Shown here: in pieces, positions 27,613 through 43,049 of the stretch | How positions within the stretch are numbered: the first letter of the stretch is position 1 | How the letters are laid out: each line of letters starts with the position of its first letter | Source: the human T2T-CHM13v2.0 reference genome, Homo sapiens | Direction: 5' to 3' (one strand) | Assembly: GCF_009914755.1 (NCBI RefSeq) | Contig: NC_060938.1 | Length of the DNA stretch: 64,000 bases | Position numbers and translations under genes: made by a program | Notes under the pieces: generated by a model | Seen by the model: the letters and a program-made list of their open reading frames with translations, nothing else | Databases searched by the model: none | Told to the model about the DNA's origin: nothing

Positions 27613-28616
27613 TCCATAACCATCTTTCCTGCAGAAACAGCTCACCCCGCCTCTCTGGCTTGTACCCCTGCTCTCTTTAAAATAGCCAATCGGAATTAGC
27701 TTAGACTGTGCGGTCCAGCTCTAGCCAATAGGGGAACAACACAGCAGTAGGGGCTACCCACGTCAGGGATAAGAACCCCTTCCCCTCCCTTGTTCAGGTG
27801 TGCTCTCAGCATCGCTCCATCTGTGAGTTGCACCATTCTATAGAAGTAAAATTGCCTTGCTGAGAAAATTCATGTTCCAGTGCTATTTCTTTTGCAGCAC
27901 CAAAAATTTATTTCTAACAGTGTCCTCCTGTGGGGACCAATCTTAGAGTGTCAGATGTCTCTGACCTTAGGTGGGCACCAGTGCCACATGTTGGTTTCCC
28001 TCCAGTGCCTACTATGAGCTTTATAAGAATAGCCATGAACTCTAATGAGAAGAACTGGAAGCCAGGCAGGCTTTTTTGTCCTTAGCTACTTGAGTATAAT
28101 AAGGGAAGAATTTAGCATAAGAAAAGAAGATGTAAGTTACCTGAAACATGTTTGAGTTTGCTCTGAGCTGCCCTGCAGGTAGGGATCAGGGATCATGCAG
28201 AAAAGATTTTTTAAAAAGTCCTTCCCCTTTTTGGGCCGGGCAATTATTCGCATTCATTCCTAGACCTTCATGCAGTACCTGGGAGTGACCCCAGCCAATT
28301 GTCCTCAATTTCCGATGAGCTACCAGGAATCAGCGTCTGAAAGACTGAAAAACAAAGAGAGGGCAAAAGAAAAATGAAAAAGGCCCAGGTCCTGTAAGCA
28401 AACCGGGCAGTGGCCGTCAGGCTTCTCCACGCGGAAACCCCTTAGTTTGACTGGCCACGCCCAGAAACCTGCAGTTGTCTCCATGTTTAGGCACTGCCCA
28501 CCAAAGGTCCCGCGTTGGAAAGGAAAAGAGAGAGAGAGAGAGTGATTGCCTGTATGGAGCAGAAAGGAAAAGGAGAAAATGGAAAAATAAATCCCAAACT
28601 TTGGGCTTACCTTTTC

Positions 28617-28634
28617 CTCCTGGCTGGCTCACCA
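28617..28634 (-). other. Primer binding site, tRNA-Arg
   Basis: TGGTGAGCCAGCCAGGAG, 17/18 to the complement of the tRNA-Arg(ACG) 3' end (CTCCTGGCTGGCTCGCCA), 5 nt inside the 5' LTR; followed by donor AAG|GTAAGC (28613-28605). Confidence 0.85.
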
Positions 28635-28639
28635 AAATA

Positions 28640-28998
28640 TGTCACCGGTGGAGGGTGTCCAGGTTCTTGTCATCTTGGACAAAGAGTTGTACAAAACGCA
28701 CAAACAAAGCTGGGAAGGAATGAAGAGATTTATTGAAAATGAAAGTACATTTCACAATGTGGGAGTGGGCCCAAGTGTAGGGGCTTAAGGGCCCCGCTAC
28801 AGAAGTTTTGGGAGTTTAAATACCCTCTAGAAGATTCCATTGGTTACTTGGGGTATGCCCTATATAAGTGAAGAGGATGAAGTAAAGTTATAAACTCATT
28901 TATTCGGCATATGTCCTATGGAGAGGATATTTCCTGTCATAGCTGAAGTGTCAATCGACCTTCAGTTCCCTGCCTCCAGACCCTATTTTCCTGTCTCA
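28640..28998 (-). mobile_element. MER61 5' LTR
   Basis: TGAGACAGGAAAATAGGGTCTGGAGGCAGGG...GGTGACA on the minus strand, directly followed by the PBS. Confidence 0.9.
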
Positions 28999-29206
28999 GT
29001 AAAGAAATATGTTAAGCACTTTGCAGAAAAAAAATAGGCATCACACCATAGATTGAAATAATAATGGAGAAACAGACTGAAGATAAGCAATTGTTTGTAT
29101 AAGCCAGTCAAAAATAGAAAAGTATCAATAGATCTAAGATATATTAAAACAAAAAGACAGATAAAAATTACGTTAACCATGTAGACTGCTATTTTATCTG
29201 TTAAGA

Positions 29207-29410
29207 TTTTTTTTTTTTTTTTTTTTTTTTGGTGACAGAGTTTTGCTCTGTCGCCCAGGCTGGAGTGCAGTGGCGCGATCTCGGCTCACTGCAACCTCCG
29301 CCTCCCAGGTCCAAGCAATTCTCTGCCTCAGCCTCCTGAGTAGCTGGGACTACAGACGCCCGCCACCACGCCTGGCTAATTTTTTGTATTTTTTAGTAGA
29401 GACGGGGTTT
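29207..29410 (-). mobile_element. 5'-truncated AluS (Sg7-like)
   Basis: Poly(T), right arm and linker only; ggcagagaattgctt variant; TSD tatctgttaagatttt / tgtctgttaagatttt. Confidence 0.9.
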
Positions 29411-29439
29411 TGTCTGTTAAGATTTTAAAAGGAGGAACA

Positions 29440-29800
<361 letters not shown>

Positions 29801-32188
29801 GAGTGGTACAATTAAAAGAAAAAACTTTAACGAATGGATAAATTCAAGTGATTCAAGTGGATTCTGAGCTCTTTGACAAATACTATTGGGAAGATAACAA
29901 ATAGATATTTTTTGCTTCATTGTTCTACAGTTGGCCCCTTCAACATTTTTGTTACAATTTTGAAGGAGCATGGAAAGCATGTTTATAGAATTTGATAATG
30001 ATACATCTCAAAAATCATGCTAATGAACTGAAATACTGAATTCTTCGTATAAATAAATTCTGAATGGCTGCAGTGAAATCAAGCAAGGATAAATCCAAAT
30101 TTTTTTTTCAGGTAACTCAAAATTCAAACTATATAATAGAAGCATATTGAGCATATATATGGGATATTTAATTCTACTCTGCTTGACATAGGCCACAGAT
30201 GAAGAAGGTGTCATTTATCTAGCAAATATTTGTTAACTGCCTGCTATGGGCCAGGAACTTTGTCTACTAAAAATCTGTCAAAAAAAATAAGAAGAAGAAG
30301 TCTTAAGTCTACAGAAGGAAGAAATCTATACAAAATTTCAAATATTTTAGTAGCTGTCATTCAGAAGAGAGATTATACTATTCTGTTTACTGCTACAAGA
30401 GCCAGTGGGTGAAGGCACAAAAAGTATTTCATATAAAGATATACTTTCTATTCATTAAAACTGCTCATCAACGGAGTGGATACTTGGTGAGGTTTCGGCC
30501 CCACCTCCTCATCAAAGAGATCAGATTCTTATCTGGTGTGGATGTTGATTTGGTGTGGATACCGATCTAGTGTGGAAGATGCTGCTTTGAGATTTTGACA
30601 AGATGATCTTTATTATTCCTTCCTAGATTCTATAGTTTCATTACTCTTAACAGTCACGTACTGAAATGTATAGCACGAATGTTTTCACTGCTTTAAAAAT
30701 ATTGGCTCAAGTCTAGTAGAAAATTGGAGACACAGTGTAACTTAGATGAATATAGCAAGTTTAAGGAACTTGGGTTTCAATTTCTTTAAAAAAGGAGTTG
30801 TGAGAAATAAAGCAAGCAGTTGCATAAGAGTATTAAAATTGGCATAGCATTATACAACACTGAAGTGTCATTGTCATGTTTTGTTTTTGCTTCAAGATGT
30901 GCATTTAAAGAATGATACATATTAGACTAGGCTCAAGATACAAGATTTTCAATTTATACATTTTCTCAAGAAAATACTGTATGTCTGCATGTGAGTCTGT
31001 AGAGACATGAATAAGTTGCTTTAGTTAAGAAAAAATCTGCCATACGAATTGAGTTAGATGTATGATTTTGATTCCCTGCAGGATAGAAAAGTTGCTATCA
31101 TTAGTATTAAAAACCCATCAACACCCAGCATGTTGCTGAGGCTGTGGTTGGAAATGCTAAGTGATACTGACACACAAATATTTTTGGGGTCATTTGCAGA
31201 AAGATTGTAGTCAGAACTAGATAGTTTTAGACTTACTAAACAGAAAAAGAATTAAGAAAAACAAAATAGTTCAGTTTACATGCATTTACAGAGGTATAGT
31301 CCCATTTGAAGGTCGTAGATAGTTACAGAATTGACACTAACTCTACCCTTGCACCCCCTGCCCTGTCATGCCACACACAAACAGTACAGAAGAGACATAA
31401 TGTATGTTAGCTGTTTATTCTTCTAAAAGTTTAGCCAATTGAGTCCATAGAGATTTTGGCTTAAAGGGTTACGTGAACCTTGCTTCTCTAATTCTTATCT
31501 CTCAAAGTGACCTAATCTGGAAAACTAGAGTAAAAAAAGAAATATTGGAAGAGAGAGCATAGAAAATTTGAGCAATAATTCCACTTTAATTAGGAAAGTT
31601 TATATTTGAAATAGAAAATCCAATGGGAGAATGCAATTCAGTCTATAACAGTTTATTTTATTTTTAAGACCATACATTAAAGTTGTAACTCCTTTACAAA
31701 ACATACCGATAGTGACTTAATTAATTTAATCCTAGATCTTTTAAAGGTAAGATTCTTAGAATAACATTTTGGATAATTTAACATAATTTGTTAACATCTT
31801 ATCTCTATACTTTCCTTCCCAATTTTCCAGATCCCAAACTGCCTGTATCTCTCCTTGTTATGCCTCATTCATAAAAAGATTAGGGGAGCTAAATGGAGCA
31901 CATTTTTGAAATCACTAACTGCCAACACCAATAAATAGTATTTATTACCCAGAAATGCAGAATAACAACTTCCTTACTTGTGTTCATTTATTTGGAGACA
32001 AGAATAGCAAGTACTTGCCAAGCAACTTAATGTCTTTAAAGTTTGGAATTGAGGATTTATGACTGTACTTCTTAAGTTTCAAGCCATAAATGCTATTTAT
32101 TTTGACAATCAAAAACTTTACAAATAAAAGGAATAAAGAAAAGCTCTAAATAGCTTAGCAGTAAATTCATCAGCTTAGCTTCTCATCC

Positions 32189-33360
<1,172 letters not shown>

Positions 33361-33494
33361 TAAGCTAAGCCAGTAGCATCACAGTTGCCACATTGTAAAT
33401 GAAGAGAATAAAGAAAAAGACAAGCTAAAATGAATATGTGAGATATATACATATATTCCAATTTCTGTCTTCTGTTTCTTCTGTTGTCTAAAGG

Positions 33495-33661
33495 AGTGTT
33501 TTTTTTCTCAGTCATAAATGTGCATAGGAATCACCTGGGGATTCTGTTAAAAGATAGATTCTTATTCAGTAAGTCTAGGTGGGGGCCTGGGAATTGCATT
33601 TCTAATTAACTCCCATGTTATGCGGATGTTGCTGGGCCCAGGCTACACTTATAAGAATCGG
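33495..33661. mobile_element. MER5A-like hAT-Charlie DNA transposon
   Basis: gaatcacctggggattctgttaaaa...gattcttattcagtaagtctaggtgggggcctgggaattgcatttctaa. Confidence 0.8.
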
Positions 33662-34209
33662 CAATCTCAATTTATTTTTCTCTTGATGTCTTTTTAACAT
33701 CATAGTTTAAGTTGTTTTCATTTGAGACTCTCACAATTGGACAGTTTATCTTGCTAATTCCACATTAGATAGATTTAGATAGACTTATTTATCTTATTGT
33801 AAAAAGTGATCCAAAATTAAAATTTTTGATGCTCTAATTATAGCATTGATTGAGTGAGGCGGAGAGTATGATAGAAGATGATGGTTATTGTGGGTAAAAC
33901 CTGTAAGTGGATGGATCATAAAGACTGAAGGAAGTTCTACAGTAGACTGTGAAAGTGAGGGACGCTGATGAGTTTCAGCTCTTTTCCTCTTTTGGGTATC
34001 AGTTCAATATAAATAGCTCTGGATTATGTTTGTTGAGCAATTACTCTTCTCCATATTCTAGAATAACACTTTTAAGAATATTTGCTTTTAAATATCTTTA
34101 TTTACATAAAAGTTTATGATACCCATTGTACAGTTAAAAAAAGATCATTTACCCCATTTAAAAGATGAGTATTAAATGAGTCCGTAAAAGGTTAAATACT
34201 TTGCAACTC

Positions 34210-34820
34210 AATTTTTGAGCCTGGCCTTATTCTAATAATAAAACCAGATAAAAGAGAGCAGAAAAACATAAGGCCAATGTCTTTCATAAACCTAGATACA
34301 AAAATGATCAACAAAACATTAGCAAATCAAATCCAGTAGTGTATAGAAGAAACAATACACTGGAATGGAGTGAAATTTATTCCAGGTATGCAAGACTGGT
34401 ATAACATGTGAAAATCAATAAATATAGTCAACCATATCAATGGGATAAAGGAGAAAATTGCATAATTATATCAACTGATTAAGAAAAAGCATTTGACACA
34501 AACCAATACTATTAATATAAAAACTAGCAGCAAACCAGGAATAGAGGGAAACTTTCTGAATTTGATAAAGACATCTACAAAAAAAGCCTACAGCTCACAT
34601 CTTACTTAATGGTGAAAGACTGAATGCCTTCTCTCTAATATTGTTAAAACTACAAGGATGGCCATGCTCACTATCCTTATTCATCATAGTACTGAAAGTT
34701 CTAGCATGTACAATAAGCCAAGGAAATGAAATAAAATTATACAGATTGGAAAGAAAAAAAAAAACTGTTCCTATTTGCAGATGACATGATTTTCTACGTT
34801 GAAACTCTCAAGGAATATAC
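34210..34820 (+). mobile_element. Old L1M ORF2 RT fragment
   Basis: Degenerate RT coding sequence including ctatttgcagatgacatg (LFADDM) at 34771-34788. Confidence 0.85.
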
Positions 34821-36449
34821 TCTTCCGAAACACTTAAAAAGACCAACACTGTTTTTCTAACTCTGATTTTATGCCATTAATATTGAAAAGGCCTTTCTCT
34901 GGCTTAATTTCAGTTATTTTTCATTTGAGCATGCCAAAGTTGGTTCTTCCTCACCAAGTAATTTTTTTCCCCCAAATTACTAGGTCTGTGGGTTTTTCCC
35001 CTTGTTTTCTCTGTTTTAGGCATATAGAATCACATCTGCTTAACTCAGGGATTGCTGAGATTTCATGGGGATTTGGGGAGTAGGAGGCATCTTGGCATGG
35101 AGATCATTATTACTTTTTGATCCACCTCCGGTAAGCATTTTGACAATTCCTCCCACACCTTTTACTAAAAGTTTTCTCCTCAGGCTAATTGACTGTTAAG
35201 GAAGATAAGTAAGGCTTTTAAACATCCACATCTTCTCAGTATACATGATTTATGTCACCCTCTTAAAAAACAGAATTTAAGCAGCAGTTGTCCTGTTTTT
35301 TTCCTCTGTCACATCTGAAAGTGGGTTTGTAGAGTGGATTGGGAAACAGATGGAATTTTTTACTTGAGTTCTTTGAGACTCAGTAGTAAACTGCTAAAGT
35401 TGAAGATATGGAAATAGAAGGAGGGCCAGTTTTATATGTAACTAATGTATACTTTGATTTTATTTGAAAACATATTTTTATTTTAAAACAGAGTTAACAG
35501 CATAAATATTATTTTTCTGTAAATTTTATTTGTGGATTAAGAGCTTGGTAGATTAAGAGTCTACAAGCATAACATCTAATATCTGAAACAGCTTTTGAGG
35601 CATCTTCAACACAACACTTTTAAGGTCATAAATTACACCCTTTAGATTTCCTTGCTGAATAAATAAATGAATAATGGTAAGTTCATCTAATTAGATTTCT
35701 TCCAAATTTGCTCCAGAAATAGCTAGTCATTATTTAGAAATGAAGTAGAATCTGTAGAGTAGAATGTAGAGTATTGTTTTACACAGTTCTGTCCCATGGT
35801 GATTGTTACAAGATGAACCAAGAAGTGAATGAGTGGCTCCCAGAAGGAAAAGCATTGTGCGCTCATGGTTATCTGAGCCAGTTGTTTGAAAACAAACATT
35901 TTATGAATATAAATAATTCAGTTAATTCCAGAGAAAACCCATTATCCTATAAAGTCTCTCAAAGATGTTCTTTCTGTTAAGTTACACTAGTTACTGTTAC
36001 TGTTTAAACATCAATGGTCTTTTACAATGACATTCAAATGCTTTTCCTAATTTCTCAAAATGCAGGTTATAGTCTTCATCATCCCAAGAGCTGACTTTCT
36101 CAAACACAGACCTGACTATGTTATCCCCTTTAAAAATGACTCATTATGTCTCAGTATCAGTGACTGTGCCATGGATTACATTTGCACTGTGGATTGCTCA
36201 CTTATTCAGCAACATAGGAACTGTGTATCAAACCAGGGCAATTGTACCTATTCCAGAAATGGCAATTTCACTTAAGGACTGGGTAAACTTTTTAAATAAA
36301 ATACTGATTTATTAAAGAATAGCATAGAATGCCACATGAATTTTATAATAAAACATGAAACATCAAAGCAATATCATGCTTATAAAATCAATCATCTTTG
36401 GATTTTGAGTTCAAACACCTTATCATACCATATAATTATCTTCACAACT

Positions 36450-36817
36450 GGACACCAGCTAACATGATATCCTGTAACTCCTTGGTACTTACATTCTTAT
36501 GAGATATCTCTCATGGACTACTAGTAGCATTTCTTAAACAGTCATAATTTTCATGCATCTCTAACTTCTCTCATGTTGTCGTCTCTGCCTAGAATATCAT
36601 TTCCCAACCTTTCTGAATTCTGAATTGCTGTACACTCTTAAAGTTTACAAATTCATCCAAACCACATACATGTATTATTTCTTCCTCTGTATCTAAAATA
36701 TTTAATACATCTGAGTATATTTTATATTGTATTAGGCTTATTTATGTATTTACTTTTTACTAGTTATGAAATCCTGGAAGTAAAATGATGTGTCCTATTC
36801 ATGTTTTGTCCCTCCAT
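36450..36817 (+). mobile_element. L2 3' region (continues at ~38255-38305 after the MLT1 insertion)
   Basis: ctcatgttgtcgtctctgcctagaat...tactagttatgaaatcctggaag...; terminal taaatatttgttggcagaaagaa. Confidence 0.55.
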
Positions 36818-38235
36818 TGTTAAAAAATAAGGCCACGAATCAAATACTTTGACAATTCTCCCTCCAAAGAGTGAGCTTAGATCCCCTTCCCTTGAGTGTG
36901 TGCTGTGCTTTATGAGTGTCCTCTAACAAATAGAAAGTTGTGAAAATGACAGATGTAAATTCCAATAATCAGTCATAATACAAATTTTAGTACCTGGACG
37001 TGGTTTGCTGTGTTGCCGTGACGGAAATGTAAACTCCGGAGCCACTTTGGAATTAGACAATGGACAAAAACCAGTAGATCTTTGCAAATAAAATTAATAA
37101 AGGCTTTAAGAACCTTAAGGAAACTCTATATAAAAGACTGATGGAAATTTAGATGGCTATGCATGAGGGCTGAAAATAAAGTTATCAAAATCTTATGAGA
37201 TCATGGAAGTAAGGGATTCTTTGATGTAGTAGCAAAAAGTTTAGCAACAATGATGCATGCAAAAAGTTAAGAAATAGAAATTATACCTAGTTAACTGAGA
37301 TATATAGCCATGGAGCTTTCCAGACCAAATGGTGAATATGCCACCTGGTTTCTTCTTGATGCTTATATTAAAATGTGAGAAAAAAAATAAAGTAAGTATC
37401 CTTAAACACAAAGGACCAATGACTTAATTGCTTTGAAAATTCTCAACCTTTACAGATGGCAAACATTGCCAGGACAACATGCTGTAAGGATGAAATCAAA
37501 TTTGGGACTGTAAAATCTTTGCCAGCACCTCATAAAGATCTATGGTGGTGTCTCAGAGCACCATCCAGTAGGAAAAAAATAAAAATAAAACTTTTCTAAA
37601 GATTTTAAGGGTGTTTCTCATAATTCTCCTAAATAAAATAGTAGAGTTACTGAGAAGTTTAAGGAAACTACCTCCTAACAAAAGTCTAAAGTACCAAAGG
37701 GCGTATATTAAAGAGATTTGTTGGTGTTACTTTTAGCATATGAAGGTTAACAGGAAAGCCAGATTAAAAACAATTATATTAATGGAGACAATGCCAGCTT
37801 GAACCAAAATGGGCAATCTAAATGACAGTATTTTTGCTAATGTAATTTTCACCCTCAAAGTTCTTGCTTGCTTTGAATAAGCTACTAGCACATTGTAAAG
37901 ACATTCCCATTACTATATAAAGTTCACGTTTTGAGGAATCAAGATTGCCTAAAAATAGCCACTGAGGAACTGAAGCCTCCAGCCACCAACTATGTGATTG
38001 AGCCAATCTGGTAATAGATCATTTAGTCCAGATAAGCTTCAATGTTATTACTGAAACTCCAGCTAGCATTTTGACTTCATGAAAGACTCAAACCAGAACC
38101 ACCCAGTTATCAGTTATCAGCAAATATCAGTTGCTTTGATATTTATGACTTTGAGAAACAGTGCTATAAAAAAATTGTTATTTTATGCCATTAAGTTTGA
38201 GTTAATTTGTTACACAGCAAGAGATAACAAATACA
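36818..38235 (+). mobile_element. MLT1E/F-like MaLR: partial 5' LTR, internal fragment, partial 3' LTR
   Basis: LTR start ccccttcccttgagtgtg..., junction aataca|aattttagtacctggacgtgg typical of MLT1-int start, LTR end aagtttgagttaatttgttacacagcaagagataacaaataca. Confidence 0.7.
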
Positions 38236-38559
38236 ATTCCTCTTGTCATCTACTATGCTGTTTGGTACATTGTTATCACTTACTAAATATTTGTTGGCAG
38301 AAAGAAGTTGAAGAGACAGTAGGTGGAAGGCAGAAATGAAACTGTGTAAAGAAATTACATTTTAACTACTTCAAAATTCTATTGATGAAAACGCATCAAT
38401 TCTATTTTAAAATTCAGTTGGTTTTAAATGTAAAAATGTTTGAATTTATGTGACGTATTAAGACAAAGATGATGCACACTAACATTTTTCGACTATTTCT
38501 ACATATCACATAGACACTCTACTATGACCTTAACAAATTCTGTTATTTAATATTAACAA

Positions 38560-38702
38560 AAATTCTGAAAGTTTGATATCCCCAATTTACGTATAAGAAA
38601 ACAGCTTCAATGATATAAAATAACTTGCCAAGATTTACTTATCCAGTATATGGCAGAGTCAGAATCTTATTCCACATCTATCTGATTCTAATGTTTCTGT
38701 GC
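38560..38702 (-). mobile_element. MIR
   Basis: atccccaatttacgtataagaaaac...taacttgccaag...tggcagagtcagaat. Confidence 0.7.
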
Positions 38703-39035
38703 ATGGGGCTCACTATCACATGTGTTCTAAGCCACAGTTCAGTAGGCTTAGAACTCAGTATTATGAAAATCTCCATCAGAAACAGCATAGTAAATCATTG
38801 TCTCTGATACTAAAACTAGACAATTCTAACTTTCCCTATCTTCAAACTTCAGATGGCTTTTCAACTTTGCTTTTTTCTTTTTTCTTCTTTCTTTCTTTTA
38901 CAAAATATAAATTAATTATCTCTAGAATATTTTATACTTCAGTAATATATTCTGTGTACAAATAATAAGTGGAAAAATCAGATCATTTATTGACTAGAAT
39001 TGGAAGATCCTTTATTGAAAATAACACTCACTGTT

Positions 39036-39394
39036 TGATATGGTTTGGCAGTGTCCCCACCCAAATCTCATCTTGAGTTGTAGCTCCCATAATTCCCATA
39101 TGTTGTGGGAGGCACCTGGTGGGAGATAATTGAATCACGGAGGTGGGTCTTTCCCATGCTAGTCTCATGATAGTGAATAAGTCTCATGAGATCTGATGGT
39201 TTTATAAAGGGGAGTTTCTCTGCACAAACTCTCTTCTCTCATCTGTTGCCATGTGAGACGTGCCTTTCACCTTCTGCCATGATTATGAGGCCTCCTCAGC
39301 CACGTGGAACTGTGAGTCCATTAAACCTCTTTCTTTTGTAAATTGCTCAGTCTCAGATATGTCTTTGTCAGCAGTATGAAAACAGACTAATACA
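39036..39394 (+). mobile_element. THE1B-like solo LTR
   Basis: tgatatggtttgg...gactaataca with perfect 5-bp TSD ctgtt (39031-39035, 39395-39399). Confidence 0.95.
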
Positions 39395-40009
39395 CTGTTA
39401 TTTATGATGTTAGTACTGAGAATAAGGGTGTTGAATTTGTTGTAATGCACATAGGAAGCAATCTGAGGATAATTCAAAGTAGCACAGAAGACAGAGGAAA
39501 TCAGAATAAATAGGCGATCTATCACTGTGGGTATGCTGGACAGTTTATGAAGATCATAAAATACATATATTCAAACTGAAAAATAAAAGATCATTCTGAA
39601 GCCAGGAAGGCATTAAAAACAAAAGTCAAGATAGAGCAGTTAGCAGGCTTGGTAACTACAAGAGAACATCATGTTGAAGAGAGATGAGGTAAAAGGGATG
39701 TGGTAACCAAGATCCTTTCAACAGGTTAATTAGGTCCCAAGATTAACTCAGTACTACCTATGAATTTGCAAAAGGCAGACTGTAACTACAGGCTTCACTT
39801 AGGATCTTGTGGCAGCATTCCAGAAAAGAAGACTGAGACCCCAAATTAGGGAGTTTTTGTTAAGAAACCAAACAAATGGTGAATCTCACCAATATTGGGA
39901 AGGTAACAATAGAGAACCTGTATAAATTCAGAAACAAAAAATACCACCAAAATATATCGCTTAAGTAGATTACTAAATCAGACCACTCCTAACAATATTT
40001 GGCAAGTGG

Positions 40010-40525
40010 AATGAGAAATCGTTTTAGCAATAATATTAGTATTATATAAAACAGACTGTCATCAAAATTCAAAAAATCTCAGTGTCTTTTTAAAGAAGCT
40101 TATTTTTACAGATCTACAGTGTAATACGAATGTTCCTAGTCTGGCATCTCTCCAGAGCTGCTGTGCTTTATGTGGTGTCTCAGGAATCCAGGTTTCTTTG
40201 CTATCTAGTCTACATTGAGACTCAGTAGTCTGTGTATTTTGTCATGTGACTACTCCATACGGTAAGGCCTCGAGGTCCTTTCCTTCCAGCTGCATGGGTG
40301 GGTAAAAAGTGACATGAGGGTTTCTGTGAGAAAATTTAGCGTCAGATCCCCATATGGCATAAATCACTTTCACTCCTCTTGCACTGGCCAATCAGGAGAC
40401 CAGAAAATAGGAAGCGAATTAGAAAATTCCAACTTCATAACTACAAGCATAGGAACTGGGAAATGTAGTTATGCCCAGGAAGAAGAGGAAACAAGATATT
40501 GATGAATATGAGCAGTCTTTGTTAG
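40010..40525 (-). mobile_element. MLT1 (J/K-like) LTR
   Basis: aaatctcagtgtc..., ctcaggaatccagg, aactacaagcataggaactgggaaatgtagt...cccaggaagaagaggaaac. Confidence 0.6.
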
Positions 40526-40636
40526 AGATACCAAATATAAAAGTTTAAGGGAGATACAGATAAGAGTAGACGTCTATAATTCAGAGACTGCAAGCAGATT
40601 AGCCACATTAAAACATTTCTTCTTTGTCAGAGATTA

Positions 40637-40984
<348 letters not shown>

Positions 40985-42017
40985 AGAACTTAATGAACAT
41001 GTTACGGACTGAAGTTAATATAGAGAACCACTCAATTTGTGACCACACATCGTTAACAATGATTGTTCTGGTCCAATTGCTAATCCAGTGTTAATTCATT
41101 TCTTACTTTGCCCTGATATTATTCACTAACTTAAATATTGGAGTTTTTTGGATTTATTATTTTCTTCTTACTTGATTAGTTTCTCGTATGTTTAGTCCTT
41201 CATTGTATAGCACAAAATTTGTATTAGATGAAATTTTTTTTCTATAGTCCTGTGTACTTTCAGAGTCTCTAAACAATTATGGAGTTTATCTCTAGCATTT
41301 ATAATTTTGTGCTTTAAATGTCAGCCTCAGGAACATTGTACACATTTGCTCATTCACTGAAAAGCATAATCATTTTACTTTTTGAGCCTGTATTAAAGTC
41401 ACAGTTGTGTGGTTTTGTGTGGGTATGTGTTTTTTATGGAGTTTTTAGAAATATATTTCCTAAGTTTGAAAAGTTATCTTAGGTCACCCCATTGAATTCT
41501 GATGATGTGATTCCTGATTGTGTGATTCTGGCCAGTGAAATTGTGAAAGCATGTTGATGATGCTGAAACAGGAAAAATAATCACTTCTATTCCTAAAGCC
41601 CTGAGATTGTTACTTTGTCCTTCTCCTGACTGTTATGACTCCATGATTTGCACTTGAGCTGTTCTCACTGTGGAGAGAGTTCTGGATTCCCTTAAGTCTA
41701 ATAAAGTCCAATTAAGCACTGCTAGTTCCTGAGCTGCATACCCCAAGGGCACATGTTAATGATGAGTTTCAAATGGTGTCCTGTTACAGGCTTATAAAGT
41801 GCCAGCCACCTTAGCACTTCATTTTAAAAATGAGTGATAATTGGTAAGACTTTAATTTTTCTATTTAAAAGGTAAGGAAGTACAGATTCAGGGAACTTCA
41901 GGGACTTCATCAAGGTTACGGAGACAAGCCATACTTAGAACTTCTTAGATTCTGAACAGGTTAAATCACTGAAAGAAGAGCTAGAACCCATTTCAGCATG
42001 GCCCACTTTATTTGGAG

Positions 42018-42120
42018 ATATATATATATTCTTACTTGATTAGACAAATATACATACACATATATGTGTATGTACATATATGTGTGTGTATATATATATA
42101 TATGTATGTATGTATGAGAT
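42018..42120. repeat. Compound (TA)/(TG)/(TATG) microsatellite
   Basis: Direct inspection. Confidence 0.85.
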
Positions 42121-43006
42121 ATTTGGATTTGGATTTAGGGAAGAGTATACTTCAAGTTTTAGCTTCATTAATAAAGACTGAGAATTGTCCAGATTTTTAT
42201 GGAATGAAGGTCACAAAAATACTGACAGAAATTAACTTTATATAATGGAAGAGTGCATCGAAATTTGGGGCCTGGTGCTATGATTTGTAGTGATCATTCT
42301 TGTTTTTTAAAGAATCTTAAATTATAAGGTTCTCCAGGAGAAAGAGTAAAACTATGTGGTCACCATCATCCCATTCTTGGAAATGAAATTTGCAGCTTGT
42401 ACATCTGACACCTCACGCCCTTCTACCACACCCTGCCTCTAAGGGTCCTTTTTCATGTGTGCAATAATACATGAATGTGCCCAACATTACAACAGCCAAC
42501 CTCTTCTATGTCCCAAGTGACTAAATCCTCCTTTGGCACAATTCTTGTTTAAGCGTAGGAGGAAAATGTCCTCGTGATTGCTTTTTTCTTATACAGTCTA
42601 AAGCTGCTTATCACTTATATAGGCATCATAAGTTTATATAGAAAAACATGGAAATATTACAGGAAGATTTTCAGACTCAAAATACTCAGGGATAGAAAGG
42701 GGCCTTAAAATATATCCCACAAAATGACTAACATATGTACATAGTTTTTATGTAAAATAGAGTTAGCTAGATGCCTATCTTTTGAAAAAGAGAAACTTCT
42801 AAAAAACACAATCTATTTAAATAAAAACATCACAAGGAATAGTGTAATTTAAGTTGGAAGGAGTGTATGTCTGATAATAATATGGTAATTAGAAGAGGAA
42901 CTCTCCAAATAAACTAACCCATGGATAGTGCAGAAACACAGAAACACTGACATAATGAGAAATGAAACAGTACAGCAGAGATTAGACAAAGCTATTAACT
43001 CCTAAA

Positions 43007-43049
43007 CACACACACACACACACACCACACATGCATGCATACACACACA
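43007..43049. repeat. Interrupted (CA)n
   Basis: Direct inspection. Confidence 0.85.

Noticed and set aside
28617-28634. tRNA-Arg gene
   Set aside because: Only the 18-nt 3' complement is present; it is the retroviral PBS.
41165-42043. Shared 15-mer ttcttacttgattag
   Set aside because: Could be a templated insert in the TA repeat, but a 15-mer match in AT-rich 64 kb is within chance.
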